Positions 28,531 through 38,553 of a stretch of DNA of 55,119 nt are shown piece by piece. The notes under the pieces are model-generated. The model made no database searches. It was not told where the DNA came from and saw only the letters and a program-made list of their open reading frames with translations. Numbering within the stretch: the stretch's first letter is position 1; every line of letters begins with the position of its first letter. The DNA is from Candidatus Omnitrophota bacterium (GTDB lineage Bacteria > Omnitrophota > Gorgyraeia > Gorgyraeales > Gorgyraeaceae). The translations under genes were made by a program, and so were the position numbers. The stretch covers positions 1 through 55,119 of the forward strand of contig JBAZEP010000007.1 of the NCBI GenBank assembly GCA_041653835.1, written 5' to 3'.

Positions 28531-29697
28531 TTATTTTTTTATTTTTACAGCTGAGTTCTTTGGCAATGCTATTATATTTCTTAAGCTCTTTTCTATTACA
28601 CTAGCCGCAAATATAGACCCTTTGTTGTTAAAATGCCCGCAATCGTATATATAATCCTTTGATTTCGGGATAGCCTTATCCAGATCTATGACTAATATGC
28701 GGTTCTTAACTCCGACATCCCTTATTTCCTGGTTGAGCATATCATAAATCTCTTTTAGCGCTTTATAGTCCACTCCTTGGCCTTCTAGTTTTTTTAACCC
28801 TTCTGTTACTACTATGTCTGGATCATCTGTCAATGCATTCTGCTGCGTCATCAATACAGGGGTGATATTCCTCGCCTCGCATATATTGATAAATGTCTGA
28901 AGGTTCATCCTGAACTCGCCCAGAATATGTTCTTTATCTATATTTATTTTTCGTTTTCTATTGAACTGGAACTCGTCATTCTCTACCCTTGAAGTGATAT
29001 TAAAATTAAATATCCCATTCAATTTATAATATAAATGCGGTATAGTAGAATCTTTTATCTTTCTTAAGATATCCGAGGGCCTGGCTTTATATATCGTGGA
29101 TCTATAAACATTGTCATTCCAATATGTCCCCTCATGTAGCAACACGCTTAGATCATTAAAAATATGCATCATCACTACTATGTCTGGTTTAAGCAGGATC
29201 ACTTTGTTCAATAGTATATTCAAAGAGTGCAGCGAATTATTTCCAAATACCCCTGAATTATAAGAATTGGTCTTTAAGCCTATATTTTTCTCTATCGATC
29301 TACCTGCTAAATACGGGAATCTGTTCTCCTCGTCTACCCTCAGGCACTCAGTAGTAGAACCTCCAAGAAAAACTATGGCAAGATCAGGTTTATCATGGAT
29401 CTTTGATGGCATGATAAATCCATTCTCGTCTGTCCGGAAAGAATAATCCTTTGGCTTTGGCTTCAGTTGATCTACGTTATCATAATCAATATCATGAAAA
29501 ACTCCTGACAGTAATGGCTTGTGTTCCCTAAGCCTTATATATCTATCAGTAGAAAAATCTATTATGGTTTTTTCATACGACAGTATGCTCTCTGCCATGC
29601 AGACAACTATAAGCATAAATATCGAACAAACAAAGAACAGTGTTATTACAGGGTGCTGTTCGAACCAACTTTTACTATTTTTAGGTTCACTTTGCAT
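28531..29697 (-). CDS. Membrane-anchored SGNH/GDSL hydrolase (possible O-acetyl transferase/esterase)
   Basis: N-terminal TM helix; FLGGSTTE (block I), NSGVFG, IFND, DCGHF (DxxH). Confidence 0.8.
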   Translation of the reverse strand: MQSEPKNSKSWFEQHPVITLFFVCSIFMLIVVCMAESILSYEKTIIDFSTDRYIRLREHKPLLSGVFHDIDYDNVDQLKPKPKDYSFRTDENGFIMPSKIHDKPDLAIVFLGGSTTECLRVDEENRFPYLAGRSIEKNIGLKTNSYNSGVFGNNSLHSLNILLNKVILLKPDIVVMMHIFNDLSVLLHEGTYWNDNVYRSTIYKARPSDILRKIKDSTIPHLYYKLNGIFNFNITSRVENDEFQFNRKRKINIDKEHILGEFRMNLQTFINICEARNITPVLMTQQNALTDDPDIVVTEGLKKLEGQGVDYKALKEIYDMLNQEIRDVGVKNRILVIDLDKAIPKSKDYIYDCGHFNNKGSIFAASVIEKSLRNIIALPKNSAVKIKK

Positions 29698-30406
29698 GTT
29701 TCTTCTCCGCTATTAAGCAACAGATCATCAAATATTCATCCTGATATCCTCTGGTGCGGCTAAGTAAACAAAATACGAGGCCCAGCATGTGGACTAACAT
29801 ATCCAAGGTCCTGAGGCTCCCTTTAAATCTAGGTTTTTGGATAATAGTAGCCAAGGTGCTCCAAATATTCCCAAGAGTCTCGCAGCGTATTATATTGAAA
29901 TCCTTAAAACTCTCGGACAATGCTGAAGGAGAAAATCTGTAGAGATCATCTGGAAAAGGATGAAAATAATAAGTGAATGGGACTGTCAAAAATATCTTAC
30001 CTCCAGGCTTTAGCACCCTTTTGATCTCGCGTATTGCTTTACCCGGGTCAATTACGTGCTCTAAGACGTTCAAGCAAACAATACCGTCCACGGAATTATC
30101 TTCAAGATGCATATTCAATACATCTAAATACATCATATCCGGATCATCTTTTGACAGATTACTTAAAATATACTCACTAGCAGAAACAGCAAATCTCTTA
30201 TATCTATTATTTTTGCTAGCTCCAAGCTCGATGACCTTGCCTTTCAATAAGGGCATGAAATCCTTGATAAACCCTTCCTCCATTATCCTGATCGGTGTTT
30301 TTATCCCGAATAAGTAATCCCTGACCGATCTAAAACTCATCGGCAACTTACGATTAGTCAGGCATAAGCCTTTTTCTTTGTAATATTTATTTAGGTCCAT
30401 TGCCAA
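29687..30406 (-). CDS. Class I SAM-dependent methyltransferase (type 11)
   Basis: VIELGAS, DNSVDGIVCLNVLEHV, RVLKPGG, HPFPDDLYRFS. Confidence 0.85.
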   Translation of the reverse strand: MAMDLNKYYKEKGLCLTNRKLPMSFRSVRDYLFGIKTPIRIMEEGFIKDFMPLLKGKVIELGASKNNRYKRFAVSASEYILSNLSKDDPDMMYLDVLNMHLEDNSVDGIVCLNVLEHVIDPGKAIREIKRVLKPGGKIFLTVPFTYYFHPFPDDLYRFSPSALSESFKDFNIIRCETLGNIWSTLATIIQKPRFKGSLRTLDMLVHMLGLVFCLLSRTRGYQDEYLMICCLIAEKKHAK

Positions 30407-31832
30407 GCCTTGCTTTTTTATGAAATAATTCTTTTATAAAATGAATTAATATTTTTATATCACCCATGTTCCTTGCGCAGAAAATTTTCTTTAAACCTTT
30501 GAAAAGCAGCCCCAATAAACTGTTTTGCCGCCTTGCGACATAGAATTTTATATCCGCATGGGACATAAGGCCATTGCTATACATAGGCAATGACGGATTA
30601 GAGCCTAATAGTTCCGCGTCTTTGAACTCATAGGGGCTATTCCATGAAAAATCCTTGGGCATTATACCTCTTTCTTTAGCGAGGTATTCAAACTTAGTCA
30701 TAGGGTATATCCTGGTGAAGCTATAAAAAGCGACCACTTTTTTCTTTTTTAATCTATCTATAAGATCAAAGGTCAATTTCAGGTCATCTTCTGTCTCCTC
30801 TGGAAGGCTTACCATGAAAGTGCATTTTACTACCATTCCCTCGTTAAGCGCCACATTAGTAGCCTCGAGCAGGTTCAAAGACAACGTTTTGTTCATGGCA
30901 CGTAATACCTTTTCGCTTCCAGATTCAGCGCCGATGCCTATTGAAACGCATCCAGCCTTACGCATTAATTTTATATTTTCTGCATTTATAGTATTTACAG
31001 GAGCTCTAGCAAACCATTTTATGTCCAATCCTCTTTTGATGATCAAAGAACAAATATCCCTTAAATGCGCTTCATCTATAGTGAAAGAATCATCCCAAAA
31101 ATTAAATCCATCTATTTTATATTTATTAACAATATATTCCATTTCCGCCACGACATTTTCAGGAGAACGCTTTCTGACCTTGCGCAGGCCAAGCGCCCCG
31201 TTAGCGCAAAAATAACAATCATAGGGACAACCTCGTAAACTTATTATACCTGCAGCCCGCGTCTTATACTCTCCTTCAACAGTCACTATATACTTGTCCA
31301 TATCTACAAGATGCCTGGCTGGTAAAGGCAAAGTATTTAGGTCGCTAATGAATGGCCTGTCAGGAGTTTCTATTATACTCCCTTCCTTGCTTCTATAGAT
31401 AATACCCTGGATCTTGCCCAGATCATCTGTTTTGGAGTATGCTTCTAGAAACTCGGGCGTCGTGATCTCTCCCTCGCCTTTTACAATAATATCCACATCC
31501 ACTATTTTATCTATCGCGTCTCTGGACGTTAGAGTGGCATGCGGGCCGCCCCAGATGGTAAGGACACTTGGCAACGCTTCCTTTATCATTTTGAAGAGCT
31601 CTATCACTATAAATCTATTTTCCGTAGTTCCTGTAATACCAACCGCATCAGGCTTAATACTGATGATATTCCTTAAAACACCTTTATTATCAAGTTCTTC
31701 GTTTTGTGAATCTATAACTATCACTTCATGCCCTGCGGCCTCTAAGGTAGAAGCAACATATAAAAGCCCTAAAGGCGCGGTATGCATCTTTTTTAAATAA
31801 TTATCACGAGCAGACACTAATACGATCTTCAT
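30387..31832 (-). CDS. B12-binding-domain radical SAM protein
   Basis: Start MKIVLVS at 31832 (AGGAG SD); PLGLLYVAS, WGGPHAT, GEGE, RGCPYDCYFC, GAESGS. Confidence 0.92.
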   Translation of the reverse strand: MKIVLVSARDNYLKKMHTAPLGLLYVASTLEAAGHEVIVIDSQNEELDNKGVLRNIISIKPDAVGITGTTENRFIVIELFKMIKEALPSVLTIWGGPHATLTSRDAIDKIVDVDIIVKGEGEITTPEFLEAYSKTDDLGKIQGIIYRSKEGSIIETPDRPFISDLNTLPLPARHLVDMDKYIVTVEGEYKTRAAGIISLRGCPYDCYFCANGALGLRKVRKRSPENVVAEMEYIVNKYKIDGFNFWDDSFTIDEAHLRDICSLIIKRGLDIKWFARAPVNTINAENIKLMRKAGCVSIGIGAESGSEKVLRAMNKTLSLNLLEATNVALNEGMVVKCTFMVSLPEETEDDLKLTFDLIDRLKKKKVVAFYSFTRIYPMTKFEYLAKERGIMPKDFSWNSPYEFKDAELLGSNPSLPMYSNGLMSHADIKFYVARRQNSLLGLLFKGLKKIFCARNMGDIKILIHFIKELFHKKARLGNGPK

Positions 31833-33111
31833 CTTTCTCCTTACGAATAAAATTATGAACAATTATTATTAAAATAGTATTAAATATACAAAAATTTAAT
31901 AAAACAGCTATAGAAGCACCTATATATCCATACCTTGGTATTAAAAAAAAACAAGCAAATGCAATAAATACCGCACTAAAAAAACCTAACGCTGCGGATA
32001 TATTTGGATACCCTATCCCTAATATAAACGATCTTGCCCAAAAAACAAAGCTTGCATACACTCCTCCACCTATTAGTATATAAATCGCGAAACGCGCTGG
32101 CTCGTATTCTTTACCATAAAAAGCCATGATAAGGGGTTTGGCAAACAGAACGATGCCAGTTGCCGCAACAACCGCAAACGTCCCAATAAATACAGAGCTC
32201 TTAATCAAAAGATTTTTTATTTCCGTTTTTTTCTTCTGATTCCACAACTCCGCAATCCTGGGGTAAATATTGACTACAAGCGGTTCATATATAACCGTTA
32301 GAATCCCGACTATAGTAAGCGCAATTTTGTAGTAACCTACTTCCGCAAGCGGCCTAAAATATCCCAGCAACAATATGTCAAGCCTGCTATTTAATGCCTT
32401 GAACGTGGTTGAAAGATACACATGTAAATTAAAGTATAAAAATGCTTTAATGGGTTCAAAAGATTTTACGATTCTGATTCCAGAAAGCCTCTTATGAATC
32501 AATTTGATTGCTAAAACCATATATAAAATCGACGACATAGCAGTGACACCAATAAAGACAAATAACACATTTTTTAATCCGGCTGAAATAAAAAAAAGTA
32601 TCCCTAATAACTTCATAAGCTTTGAAAAAACCATCAAAAAACCAAAGTAATTGAACTTTTTAAATACTTGAAACACAGCGTTTGAGGTAGATTGAACGGA
32701 ATCGCAAAGCGGTAATAGCGCGTAAATCTTAAGAAAATACTCAATGCGCGTATCATGAAAAATCTTTTCTCCTATTAGTCCGGCTGTAAAAAATAATATT
32801 GCCGAGATTATAGTACCGAGTATAAAATCCAATAAATAACTCGTTTTTATTACTAAAAGAGCTTTGCCTTTCTCTTTATCTATATATTCCGATAAAAATT
32901 TGATCGTAGCTTCGTTAGTGTTTATAGTAAAAGATAATTTTGTAAACTCTATTATGGATATTAGAAGAGCTAGTAATCCATAAGTTTCTGCACCAAGTCC
33001 TCTTGCTAGAACTATTGCCGTTATAAAAGTTAGGCCATAAGAAATATAGCTAGAACTGTAAAGGAAAATCGAGTCTTTTATAAATTTTTGTTTTAGGTAC
33101 TTATAAAACAT
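31804..33111 (-). CDS. wzx: Second Wzx/MOP-family flippase
   Basis: Multi-TM; LARGLGAETYG, RLDILLLGYF...EVGYYKIA...YPRIA, IPRYGYIGASIA. Confidence 0.88.
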   Translation of the reverse strand: MFYKYLKQKFIKDSIFLYSSSYISYGLTFITAIVLARGLGAETYGLLALLISIIEFTKLSFTINTNEATIKFLSEYIDKEKGKALLVIKTSYLLDFILGTIISAILFFTAGLIGEKIFHDTRIEYFLKIYALLPLCDSVQSTSNAVFQVFKKFNYFGFLMVFSKLMKLLGILFFISAGLKNVLFVFIGVTAMSSILYMVLAIKLIHKRLSGIRIVKSFEPIKAFLYFNLHVYLSTTFKALNSRLDILLLGYFRPLAEVGYYKIALTIVGILTVIYEPLVVNIYPRIAELWNQKKKTEIKNLLIKSSVFIGTFAVVAATGIVLFAKPLIMAFYGKEYEPARFAIYILIGGGVYASFVFWARSFILGIGYPNISAALGFFSAVFIAFACFFLIPRYGYIGASIAVLLNFCIFNTILIIIVHNFIRKEKDEDRISVCS

Positions 33112-33116
33112 AAGGC

Positions 33117-34313
33117 CTATCTTTCAGCCACGATATCATTTAAAAAATCCTGTATCGTCTCAGCTCTTTTTTCAAAATAAAAAGCCTTTGCAGATTTCAT
33201 TCCATTAAGCCTAATTTTATCCCTGACATCATTATTGTTCAGGATATAACACATCTTATCAGACAAATCCGCCACATCAGACGGAGTGAATAAAATTCCG
33301 TTCCATCCATCCTTTATTTTTTCAGATACACATTCCAAATTGGACGCCACAACAGGAAGGCCACTTTCCATGTATTCGGACAACTTGAGCGGTGAAGAAA
33401 AGTTCCAAAAATCTTTATCGTTATTTGGAGTAGGCAATACTCCTATATCTGATATATATAGATACTTTTTAACTTTAGTAGGCTCTATTGGGCCTGAAAA
33501 GTATATATAACTATCCATGCCAAGGGATACTGCAAGATCCTTACATCTGGTCAGATCACGAGTATCTTCGCCGCCCAATACAACAAGACGAGCGCCAGGC
33601 ATTATTTTATTTAATCTGGAAAAAGCTTTTATCAATGTATCTACGCCCTTGGATGGGTAGAGATGTCCGGCATAAATGATAATTTTTTCATTCTCGCTAA
33701 AAGGCAAACCTAGTTCATTGATAAGGTCTATGCGGCCATTTGGCTGCTTTACAGAAGGATTGACTCCGCTATGAGCTACTTCAATACAAGAAGATTTTAT
33801 CCCGCGCTTTACAAATTCTTTTTTCAGCGCATGTGAAATAGTAACAATCCCATCAAACACGTTCTTATCATACATTTTTTTTATCAGCTTGAAAGTCTTC
33901 TGTTCCAGACAAGCCTGGTGCATCTCGCTTACGATCTTTAGGTTTATCATCTTTTTGATAGAACTTAGAAAGCTCAAATATCTACTGACACCAGTACAAT
34001 ACACGATATCCGCTTTCTTCTTCCCTATCTTCCATAATAAGAAGGCGATAGCTGACAGCGTGAAATAACTATCGCCTATGATATTTTTACTTAAGAAACA
34101 AGGTACATAGAGTAGCTTTATATCCAGATTGTCATGATGGGCTAACCCATAATACTCTAGAACATCCCTGGCTCTCTCATTGCCTTTCCTCTTAAAAAAA
34201 CCATGTACACTTACTCCGTTCGAGGCTAACGCATAGATAGTGTTCATTACTTGTATAGCGCTTGCCATATTATTTGGATAATAATCATTTTTTATATATA
34301 CGAGATCTATCAT
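33117..34313 (-). CDS. GT4 glycosyltransferase
   Basis: YAGHLYPSKG, DIGVLP, SPLKLSEYMESGLPVVAS. Confidence 0.9.
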   Translation of the reverse strand: MIDLVYIKNDYYPNNMASAIQVMNTIYALASNGVSVHGFFKRKGNERARDVLEYYGLAHHDNLDIKLLYVPCFLSKNIIGDSYFTLSAIAFLLWKIGKKKADIVYCTGVSRYLSFLSSIKKMINLKIVSEMHQACLEQKTFKLIKKMYDKNVFDGIVTISHALKKEFVKRGIKSSCIEVAHSGVNPSVKQPNGRIDLINELGLPFSENEKIIIYAGHLYPSKGVDTLIKAFSRLNKIMPGARLVVLGGEDTRDLTRCKDLAVSLGMDSYIYFSGPIEPTKVKKYLYISDIGVLPTPNNDKDFWNFSSPLKLSEYMESGLPVVASNLECVSEKIKDGWNGILFTPSDVADLSDKMCYILNNNDVRDKIRLNGMKSAKAFYFEKRAETIQDFLNDIVAER

Positions 34314-34349
34314 TTTATTTGTCCAGACTTGTCCTATTTTTCCTATTTT

Positions 34350-35162
34350 TCACCAGGCATGAAGCATGACATAGAGGCCAAGCTTACCTTTAATGCCTTT
34401 CAATAAGATATTATAATCCGGGTTTATTTCTTTCAAATAACCAGAGATCATTTTCGCATGATCTTTATTATGATAAGTAGTAACGACTATTTTTGGCTTA
34501 TACTTGCTGATCGTCTTTCTCGCGCCCTTCAACATTTCCATCTCGTATCCTTCAAGGTCCGCTTTTATATACGAGACTGGCCTATCTTTATCATGGAACA
34601 ATCGATCGACCGTGGTTATCTCCACAGGAACGCCTTCACCACCAGCAATTACCTGGGAACTTATACCGTTCTCAAGCAAAGATCCTTTTAGCTCCCTGTC
34701 TGACAATGCCACAGGGATTATTTCAATATTGCTAAAACCTGAAAACGTAACTTTCATTGCCTTCACAAATGAATTCAAAGGCTCTATTACATATACTTTC
34801 TTGCATCTACTAGCTATCAATAGACTGAACAAGCCTTCAGCTGCCCCGCAATCTACCACGATGTCTTGAGGCCTGACTCTTGTCTGATCTATCTCATAAT
34901 AATGCCAGTCCTCTGGATACATCGTCTCTCCAACTATCTGAAGCAGTTTAGCCTTATTTACATCCTTAGGGCAATATAGCGGCTCTTTTACATTTTTAAA
35001 ATGCATCACGAGATATTCTCCTGTCTCATCTATGCTACTTATCTTAGCGCTAGCTTTAGAAAAATAGACAGGGCTCATCAAAAAGCGTGCGAGATCTTTC
35101 AATGAAACCCCGTTCTTTTTGCCAAAACACCAATGCCTTAATACTTCCAATCTCCTATTCAT
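34350..35162 (-). CDS. FkbM-family methyltransferase
   Basis: VDCGAAEG, VIEP, VALSD, YIKADLEGYEMEML. Confidence 0.9.
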   Translation of the reverse strand: MNRRLEVLRHWCFGKKNGVSLKDLARFLMSPVYFSKASAKISSIDETGEYLVMHFKNVKEPLYCPKDVNKAKLLQIVGETMYPEDWHYYEIDQTRVRPQDIVVDCGAAEGLFSLLIASRCKKVYVIEPLNSFVKAMKVTFSGFSNIEIIPVALSDRELKGSLLENGISSQVIAGGEGVPVEITTVDRLFHDKDRPVSYIKADLEGYEMEMLKGARKTISKYKPKIVVTTYHNKDHAKMISGYLKEINPDYNILLKGIKGKLGLYVMLHAW

Positions 35163-35187
35163 GGATCAAGGAACCTCCTGTTCAATA

Positions 35188-36285
35188 TCACGCATGGTTG
35201 CACCCCTTGCACACTGAAGGCGCATTCCCGTTATTCAGCTCATGTCTAAATTGAACATAAGCTGGGCTATTCCAGATCTGTCTGATATTATTATTAAAAA
35301 TATTCCCAAAATTGAATTCTTCATAATTAGGCCTGATACAGCAAGGAGTAACATAACCGTTCCATGAGACATAAACGCCTTTTTTATACCAGAAACATTT
35401 GCCTCTTTGCTCCTCGGGTAAGACAAAATCAACATGTACTGCTTTTGTCTTAGCTAAAAGCATTGCTTTTTTTAGATGAACTGCATTTTCCCCATCCATG
35501 ACCAGATTCCTTTCTGATAATTTCTGCCTTTTATCAGCATGCTTGCTGTCTACGCTTACCCAATTCTGAAGGTTCACGATATTAATATGATAGACTCCAA
35601 GATCGCTTATCAAACCTATCAATGGGCAAAGGTCTTCGACATTAGTTTTCTCCATGACAAAATTCACTGCTATATCAGCATTGCTATTGTTAGCCGAGAT
35701 GAGCAGCCGGATGCCCTTTAATATACTGTCCAGGCAATCCACTCCCCTTATCTCCTTGATCTTATCCTTTCCGAAAGCATCCAGTGATATCTCTATTTTA
35801 TCAAAATATTTTATCATATAGCGAGCATTCTCCTCCGTGATCAGAGTAGCATTAGAAGCGATATAAGTGGTGATGTTCTTTTTCTTCAAGTGCTCCGCCA
35901 TTTTAAAAAGCGACGCGTTCAATAAAGGCTCTCCCAGCCCCTGCAATTTCACTTCTTTTAAAAATGGGAACTGCCCGACCACTTTAATGAAATCATTGAA
36001 TTCCATGTCCCCTGATGCGCTAAGAACATCCCGGGTACAATTCCTGCACTTCATGTTACATCGTGACGTAGGCTCTAATTGAAGATAGCTTGGGAAAGTA
36101 TATTTATGCTTATTAGCTGCCGCGAAGCATGATTCCATACACCTCATCGCAATATATGGCATCCCAAACCTTGCCTCTCTGTGAACGCGGCCGAATACAT
36201 GTTTCTTTAGAAAACTATCTAATCCCTTATGCTTTATGAGGATATGAGCTGCTTTTAATTTATTTGCTATTGTATGTGATTTCAT
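35188..36285 (-). CDS. Radical SAM protein with C-terminal SPASM/twitch domain
   Basis: EPTSRCNMKCRNC, GLGEPLLN, ISLD; CFW...GYVTPCC...GNI...CKGC. Start moved to Met at 36285 to avoid a 113-nt overlap. Confidence 0.88.
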   Translation of the reverse strand: MKSHTIANKLKAAHILIKHKGLDSFLKKHVFGRVHREARFGMPYIAMRCMESCFAAANKHKYTFPSYLQLEPTSRCNMKCRNCTRDVLSASGDMEFNDFIKVVGQFPFLKEVKLQGLGEPLLNASLFKMAEHLKKKNITTYIASNATLITEENARYMIKYFDKIEISLDAFGKDKIKEIRGVDCLDSILKGIRLLISANNSNADIAVNFVMEKTNVEDLCPLIGLISDLGVYHINIVNLQNWVSVDSKHADKRQKLSERNLVMDGENAVHLKKAMLLAKTKAVHVDFVLPEEQRGKCFWYKKGVYVSWNGYVTPCCIRPNYEEFNFGNIFNNNIRQIWNSPAYVQFRHELNNGNAPSVCKGCNHA

Positions 36286-37615
36286 TTTTATCCAGTAAAA
36301 CCTTATCAATGACCTCTTTACCCTGCATAAAAGAATGGTCCATGTTCCCGATCTCATATCTCCACGCGCCAAACCTTCCTCTGGAATACACGCTGTTATC
36401 CTCCAAAAAAAGATTTATTCTTTTTAAAGCTTTGTCACGGCCTATAGTAGGCACTGGGTACGAATATCCAATATCTATGGTATGAGTGGATATTATATTT
36501 TTCCTATCACTGTCAGATATGATATTGCTATCCAAAAGCCCTTTAATTGTCTCGTTCACTATCTTAGTTTTATCTATTTTTTTATATTTAGAGTAACTGG
36601 TCTCGCACATGAGCGACCAATTAGCTTTAGAGTCAGGTACGTTATATTTGGAATAATTAGAAAAATACGTTACACGATAAAAAGGGAAATTACTCTCTGG
36701 AAAATACATCCAGCATTTAGAACTCCTGCACCTGCCTTTTAAACCTAACCCTACTACATAAGAACTGCTGTGTTTCAGGCATTTGGCATGAGGCTCAAGT
36801 CCTCTTTTTGCTGCGCATGGTCTCATCATCTTGACAAACAGGTCTAAAGGCGAAGTATTTATCAGTATGTCATAATCCATGACCTCGTCATCGTCCAAGG
36901 CCAATTTTTTATTAGCCATGTCTATTTTGACTACCTTTTTCCCTAAACATAAGTTTTCTTTAAAGATAGGCTCGAATTTAGAGAACAATCCTCCTGTACC
37001 CCCGTGCAAAGGAAACTTGAATTTATTGTTAGGGCCCCATCCATTGTCATCTTTATTGTAAAGTATATTTTTCAATATCCTTACTGGATCTATAACGCTT
37101 ATCCTCTCCTTGATCCAATTATTATCCATGTCCTCTAAAGGATGCGCCCATGTCTTCAGATTTTGAGGCATCATAAAATAGTTAGCTATGCCTTCCCCAA
37201 AAGTGTTCACTATCCATTCTTTAAAATTATGGCTGTTTTTTTCTTTTTGTTGGGAGATGATCAGCCCCATAATGGACTCGAACATAGCGTCTTTAGGCAG
37301 ATGCCGGATATTGTTCTGAAACGGATATGGTATCCACTTTTTCATGCAATAGATATAGGCTTTTCTCTCATGCTCTACATACCCACGATAGAGAAGCTTC
37401 TCCACTATGTCGTCAAAATACTTATAATGAGAGAATAATACGTGCCCGCCTTTATCCCAGATAAAATTCAAGTCATCTTTCACTGAAGCTGAAAGTCCTC
37501 CTACATATTGTTCTTTTTCCAATAAGACCCAGTTCTTGTGCTTTAGCTCTTTTAATCTATAAGCTGCCCCAAGGCCTGTAGGGCCGCCTCCTATGATCAC
37601 TACCCTTTTTTCCAT
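36260..37615 (-). CDS. FAD-dependent oxidoreductase resembling eukaryote-type UDP-galactopyranose mutase
   Basis: GGGPTGL, GGHVLFSHYKYFD, YPFQNNI, WGPNNKFKFP..GGTGG, SRGRFGAWRYEIGNMDHSFMQG. Confidence 0.8.
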   Translation of the reverse strand: MEKRVVIIGGGPTGLGAAYRLKELKHKNWVLLEKEQYVGGLSASVKDDLNFIWDKGGHVLFSHYKYFDDIVEKLLYRGYVEHERKAYIYCMKKWIPYPFQNNIRHLPKDAMFESIMGLIISQQKEKNSHNFKEWIVNTFGEGIANYFMMPQNLKTWAHPLEDMDNNWIKERISVIDPVRILKNILYNKDDNGWGPNNKFKFPLHGGTGGLFSKFEPIFKENLCLGKKVVKIDMANKKLALDDDEVMDYDILINTSPLDLFVKMMRPCAAKRGLEPHAKCLKHSSSYVVGLGLKGRCRSSKCWMYFPESNFPFYRVTYFSNYSKYNVPDSKANWSLMCETSYSKYKKIDKTKIVNETIKGLLDSNIISDSDRKNIISTHTIDIGYSYPVPTIGRDKALKRINLFLEDNSVYSRGRFGAWRYEIGNMDHSFMQGKEVIDKVLLDKNEITYNSK

Positions 37616-38553
37616 AAATACTTTAATCCTCCGCAGTAAGCCAAGACTAGCGTTTTTACCAGTTCTATTTGTTTAAAAAACGTATTATTACGTATTATCC
37701 CGTAAAAATACGCCAATATCCTTATGTGCATGGAGATCAAAAAAATAGCCCGGTCGATACCTCTATAATTTTTTTTCATAAAATAAAACCCATTATATAC
37801 TGCATAATGGATCCATTTCTTGTTCTGGAATCTCTTATAAGGCTCGGATGTATTATGATACGATAGAGCCTTGCTGCAATAAATACTCTTATACCCTTTT
37901 CTCATGGCCCTTAATGTCCAATCCAGGTCATCAAAATATAAAAAGTAATTCTCATCCATCAGCCCCACTTCATCTATTACTGTTCTCTTTACAAGCATCA
38001 TGCACCCGTTGACGACATCGATCTGCCTGTCTTTATCATACAGACTACTGGCTGACTTGTATTTACCTATGCCTATGCCCCCGGAATAGAACGGGCTTAA
38101 TGTCGAGCCTATTAAATGAAGTTTAGTCTTATCAGAATAATAAAAGACTTTACCTCCGACAAACCCTATCTTAGCGCCAGATCCGCCGCATTTGATCAAT
38201 TCCATCAAACAGTCCCTGGTAAGCACCATGTCGCTATCTAATTTCAATATATAGTCATATGCTTTATCAGCCTTGTTTATCCCCAGGTTGTAAGCAGCCG
38301 GCGCCCCTGCATTTACAGCTGATTCTATCAGCTTGATCTTATTATCAGTAATGAAAGATGAATACCTGCTCTTTAATGCCCCTAAAGAACCATCCGATGA
38401 ATTATTATCTATGATAATGACCTCATAACGCTCTATCGGATATTCCAGGTGCAATATAGAATCCATCAAATTCATTAAAAAAGGGCCTCCGTTATAATTT
38501 GGGATCACTATGCTAACAAAAGGTAATATATTTTTTTTAAGCTTCTCGTCCAT
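37600..38553 (-). CDS. GT2 glycosyltransferase (WbbL/rhamnosyl- or galactofuranosyltransferase-like)
   Basis: IVIPNYNG, IDNNSSDGS, LDSD, NGCMMLV, GLMDENYFLYFDDLDW. Start set at MDEK (38553). Confidence 0.88.
   Translation of the reverse strand: MDEKLKKNILPFVSIVIPNYNGGPFLMNLMDSILHLEYPIERYEVIIIDNNSSDGSLGALKSRYSSFITDNKIKLIESAVNAGAPAAYNLGINKADKAYDYILKLDSDMVLTRDCLMELIKCGGSGAKIGFVGGKVFYYSDKTKLHLIGSTLSPFYSGGIGIGKYKSASSLYDKDRQIDVVNGCMMLVKRTVIDEVGLMDENYFLYFDDLDWTLRAMRKGYKSIYCSKALSYHNTSEPYKRFQNKKWIHYAVYNGFYFMKKNYRGIDRAIFLISMHIRILAYFYGIIRNNTFFKQIELVKTLVLAYCGGLKYLWKKG

Noticed and set aside
31941-31952. A9 homopolymer and other A/T runs as phase-variation sites
   Set aside because: Such runs are expected in AT-rich DNA; the reading frames are intact and no long G/C tract or SSR was seen.
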